Below, piece by piece: positions 59,709 through 64,000 of a DNA stretch of 64,000 bases. The notes under the pieces were generated by a model. The model saw nothing but the letters and a program-made list of their open reading frames with translations. It was not told the DNA's origin and ran no database searches. The DNA comes from Zygnema circumcarinatum SAG 698-1b (taxonomy: Eukaryota; Plantae; Zygnematophyceae). Position 1 is the stretch's first letter. Each line of letters opens with the position of its first letter. Both the position numbers and the translations under genes were made by a program. The DNA lies in contig CM074806.1 in assembly GCA_037447605.1 (NCBI GenBank), positions 1,612,001 to 1,676,000 of the forward strand, in the 5' to 3' direction.

Positions 59709-61929
59709 ACTGCCGGAAAGAACAAGCGCAACAACTAGCTGCTGTATTAAGAGTCTTGGCAGAAACCTGCTGGTAATTGCATTCAAAGCAACTGAACCAG
59801 TTGCCCCAATGCCAGCCGCAACATCCTAATGTTTTGACATGGGAAATCTGCCTACATGGATGCTGACTACAAGACGAGGGAACGAGAGGGTTGCAGGTGA
59901 GGGACGAAGAGGAGGGCCAGGTTACCAAGTGAGTAATGTACAAAGAACTCTTCTCAGAGAATGGCTCGTCTATATCACTTGGCAGAGAAAAAAGGTGTTG
60001 GGATGGTTTCGGCTGATTCTACCGTGGTTCAGCTATCAGGTGGCACCCTAATACTATGTACGCAGCCATTTCTCAGCTCCCAATGGAGAGCTCGTCACTG
60101 GTGGAAATGCGACTACGCTATAAGATACTCCGCTTTTGCAAGACATGCATGCAAGGAATTTACACAGACATTTTCTTCTTGAGCTGCACGGCATAAGCAT
60201 GAGAGCCTCTTGGCTCTATTCCTGGAAAGGTGAATCCTTCCTCGCTATGTCTGCAAATTTCTTCTGAAAGTTTCAGCTGGAAGCTCGCACTTGTGTAGAC
60301 AGCAACTGGTAACTTTTTCTGCAAACTGGGGCAACACCATTTGTCTGGAGGTTCCCTAGGCAACTATCCTTGCTAAAGCGTATAAACCCCATGACGACAT
60401 CATAGCTGGATCTCCTCCAGTTTGAGCATACTGTAGGCATGTTGGAGGCTTTGTTGGGATGGCTAACAATGCTGTGTTGTTGGAAAGGTTGCCTGTAAAG
60501 AACGACAAGATTCAAACTGGCTAACATGAAGCTGATATCTTGCATGGTTCCTATCTCATGGGTTGTGGTCTGTGCAGAAAGTGTGGAGGACATTGAAGCG
60601 TGAGCGGCGGCAATTGCTTGCTCTGCTCGGGAATTGTGTTCAACGATTGGGAGACAGATGCCAATCTGTTTCTCTAGCACTTCTAGTTCAGAGCAGAGGC
60701 GTTACTGGCAGCGCGCCTGTCTTTCTTCAAGAAGAGAAGGAGGCAGAGTTCAGTCAATGGGATGTCAGTGTATGCTCCCAATGTTGTCTCATGGCCTGCT
60801 TAGAATGTGAACAACAGGTCCATGGACGTGGGTGGCACGCGGCCATGGGAGAGGATATTTGTCTCGCCAATCTTTGTTGTTGGCAGTAGCATCATTATTG
60901 TATGTACGGATGTCTTCCTGTCGCACCAGTAGAAAGGTCAAGCTTTCCTTCTCAGTTGAAGGGGAAGGTGCATTGCGGACCTTGCACCTTGCACAGCCAG
61001 GTCCGCAATGCACCGCTGTATGTAATACCACATCCTAATGAGAAACCGCATGAAGCAACAAAGCAACTCTGTGGCTGATGCACAAATATGAGAGGTACGC
61101 ATGAAATTGCAGCCTTCGATTCTTCAAGTCAACAAACCCGCGAGCTGGGAACCCCATGATGCACGCTGAGGTTGTGTCTGCTGACAGCAAACCCTTCAGC
61201 GGTCATCAGCAGCCGTCTACGCAGCTTCAGCTGTGCCGCTGTCGAGAAGAGGACCGGCATCTGGTTGACTGAGGGTGGAGAGCCACGAGTTCAAGGCTTC
61301 AGGAAATGTGCACTTCTCAACAAGCTACAACACCTGTCAACTTGCAATCATTCCACAAACGAGCTTCATCGTCGACTCTTGCGTACATAGAAGACCTCAC
61401 ACTCTCCAAAGCAGGCCCTAAATTTCAGGGTTAGGTCTGCTCAAAATTACAAGGGCATCGTCAGGGTCGACTCTGTCACAAAAATGTTCAACAATTTGAG
61501 CCCTACTTGCTTCTTGCCACATGACAACAGTTCTGCAGTCATGCAGAAACAGCACAAAATATCTTTTGCATCAATTGCATTTGGAAAGTCCTGAAGGAGC
61601 TCATTGAGCAGCTGTGGGAGCAGTGGCTTTTTTCAGCCTGCCTGGCTATATCTCCAAGGGTCCCCTGAAGGGCATCAAAAGCTGCCTTCTTTGGCCCGGC
61701 CCTTGGCAACCCTGGAGCGATCCTGCTACCAGCTCCCAGGATAACCCTAACCTCGTACACGGTATCATTAAAATCCGCATTTCAGTACATATATAGTTTA
61801 TTCGCAGTGAATCAACGAGGAGGACTCGCACAGCTACAAAGGAAGTTTCGTATTAGCTTTGCGGGAATCACACAAGGTCAAAATGGCGGAGCAAGGGATT
61901 AAGGATGGAACATGCAAGTCATCAGCGAG

Positions 61930-63781
61930 TCAGTCTCCTTTCCTCTTTTGGGCTTTCTCTTCTGCAAGGTTCGCAAAGAAATCTGTCAAAACTTTTTCGT
62001 AGTTTGGCATCTTCGCATAACCTGGAAAGTAGTTGATATCTACAATGAAAAAATAACTGGACGCGCGACTATCACGGATAAGGTCGTAATTAAATAGGCG
62101 CAGGCCTAGCTTTCTCCTTAAACGCTCAGAGATGGCCACTACAAGGTTATTGGGCGGAAGTGGGGTGGAAGCTAAGCTCTTATCAATGGCTTCTCCTGAA
62201 CCCCCTTTAGTGGTGTTGGAGATGTGAGAAAAGGATTGAAGGCCGTCTTTATCGGTGAGGTCTGCTTCCAGTACATCTGCACAAAGTGGGGGGAGTGGGG
62301 GGGGAGAGGAAAAAGGATAAGGCTTGAGTGGCAAACTGAGGAGAGCAGATGCCTGAGGTGACTGGCCTTACCCAAAGAAAACGCTGTCACACTTTATGAC
62401 CATCGAATCGAATTTAACCTCCCTAAAGCAGGCCTGAGAATGAAAGCAGTTCAATATGAGGAAAGACTATGCAGAACATTGTCAATGTTCTCTGCACTTG
62501 CAGCTGTTGGAGTTTAGGCGGTCTGCGTACTTAACGCCAACATGCTTGACATGAAAAACCCCCTAGCTCTGAAAATCATCAGAACCATGTCTGGTTTTCA
62601 TCCTGAGAGCAGATTGCACTATAGCCGGATAATTCGTTTCTGAATTCCAGAACTTATAAAATGGGTAACCTTCATGTAATTTTTATACAAAAATGCGTAA
62701 ACTATACATGAAGCAAAGATTTTGCAGAAATTTCAGAAAATTCTAAAGCTTATTTCGGGTTGGTTAACGTTGCCAAGAAAGTCAGCCACAAATCCTCTCA
62801 GTGGAACCAAAACTGCAATATTTGATGTTTAACCAAGGGAAGTGGTTGAAAGGAGGTTTCAGCCAAACAAGGTTCCTTTAAACGGGGCCATATTCGCGAG
62901 TTAGCCAGATGCTTGAGTGGAATCGTCCCACAGTTACTGCAAGTGAACTACCGGCATCCTCTACCTTTCTAGGTTAACAAGTGAAGCTCCACTGTTCATT
63001 TATGCCACTGCTTACGTTCGTACGCGTTCAGATTCGTCTTCTGCTCTGCAGATAAGCCACTTAGGACTCCTCCATCATCAAAATGGCTTACCACTTCGCA
63101 CTGAGGACGGGCATAAAAAACGCCTTATTCCAGAGTTTGCGAAAACGAGAGCCATGTGGGATCACCTGGAAGCGATTTCCTCCGGCAGCACTTGACGTAC
63201 TCGCCTACTACATAGACCTTGAAGATAACTCCACCGTGATTCACAAACTGCTGCAACAGAAAGGGTGGCGCAAGCTTTTCCAGGCCACTTTTATTGTAAA
63301 CGAGCGACATCAGATGGGAGATTGCGGTTCCATCCGCTACTAAAGGCTTAGCAATAACAGGAAACCGTAACCCCGATGCCTCAAACTGGTGGAACAGCGC
63401 ACCACTGCCTTGCTTTTCTGTAATTATCAGCTGCTTCGGAATGCCAACCCAGCCATAAGAATCGTATGACTTCTCTTGTTCAAACACCTGCAGCATAGAC
63501 ACCCTATTATGGAGTCGCTGAATAGCTTCAGGCGGATCCAAGATGATTACGTCGGGGTGGAGAGCCTGATACTCTTCCAGTTGGCTGTACCAGTCCTTGC
63601 CGGTCTGTTTGTGCAGAATCGCATCAAAGAGCCCCTGCTCTTTCAGCGGCTTCCCGAGGTCGACGGCTACAAGTTCCACCCCCTTCTCCTTCGACTGCAG
63701 CAGCAGCGACTCCTTCAAGAAGCTATTGATCTTTTTCTCGGCCAGCGCATAGCCGATCCTGAACTTACATTCCCCGGCCAT
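61930..63781 (-). CDS. ITPK1: Inositol-tetrakisphosphate 1-kinase / Ins(1,3,4)P3 5/6-kinase
   Basis: Exons 63166-63781 and 61930-62276 contain IGYALAEKK, DAILHK, ILDPPEAIQRLHNRVSML, FPVIAKPLVADG, LQQFVNHGGVIFKVYVVG and LFNYDLIRD...IVDINYFPGYAKMP. Confidence 0.95.
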
Positions 63782-63881
63782 GAATCTCGTGCATGGACTC
63801 AAGCACAGGCGCCTCCTGCTCTCTCTGTGCCCTGCCTCTCCTCTCCCATCCTCCCTCGCCCTTCCTCTTCCCTCTCCCTTT

Positions 63882-63958
63882 CCCTCGCCCTCGCCCTCGC
63901 CCTCGCCCTCGCCCTCGCCCTCGCCCTCGCTTGCAAGCCAGCCAGCCAGCCAGCCAGC
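63882..63958 (+). repeat. (CCCTCG)n and (GCCA)n microsatellites in the ITPK1 leader
   Basis: About 8 CCCTCG units followed by about 5 GCCA units. Confidence 0.9.
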
Positions 63959-64000
63959 CTGATCTTTCTCGCTGGCCGCCCCCCCTGGCACCCAGTCACC

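Noticed and set aside
59709-61929. 2.2-kb stretch between PPR-SMR and ITPK1 with short ORFs
   Set aside because: No recognisable protein or splice chain; consistent with convergent 3' UTRs.
63782-63991. N-terminal extension of the ITPK1 ORF (EGEGEG...)
   Set aside because: It is microsatellite read-through, and the conserved kinase begins at the ATG at 63781.
1-64000. CRISPR arrays, rRNA/tRNA genes, autonomous transposase or retroelement ORFs
   Set aside because: No repeat-spacer periodicity, structural RNA signature or RT/integrase/DDE motif was seen.

Overview
Gene-dense, intron-rich eukaryotic nuclear DNA from a green plant-lineage organism. My inference is a streptophyte alga or bryophyte-grade plant, based on GC-rich first exons, GA/CT-rich leaders, short GT-AG introns and plant-type orthologues. 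I reconstructed 14 protein-coding genes by hand splicing: RHD3/SEY1 (3' end outside the window), a CCCH-WD40 protein, a HAD pyrimidine 5'-nucleotidase-like protein, a small Cys/His zinc-binding protein, a 2333-aa single-exon TMEM131-like protein, plastid SECE1, BCCP, chloroplast sensor kinase (CSK), plastid pyruvate kinase, a membrane desaturase-family protein, PET100, NDUFA11/B14.7, a PPR-SMR protein and ITPK1. There are no tRNA, rRNA or CRISPR features. The main anomalies are: (1) two related but distinct ~700-bp foldback elements (330-332-bp inverted arms) stacked at one T4-5AAAT target site; (2) a CSK with Gly at the His phospho-acceptor position and no recognisable ATP-binding domain; (3) dense GTAC clusters in several promoters, strongest upstream of the desaturase; (4) a second inverted-repeat element enclosing a short coding-like fragment next to a 100-N gap; (5) G-box clusters shared by the BCCP and pyruvate kinase promoters. 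No database search was run, so family calls rest on recalled motifs.
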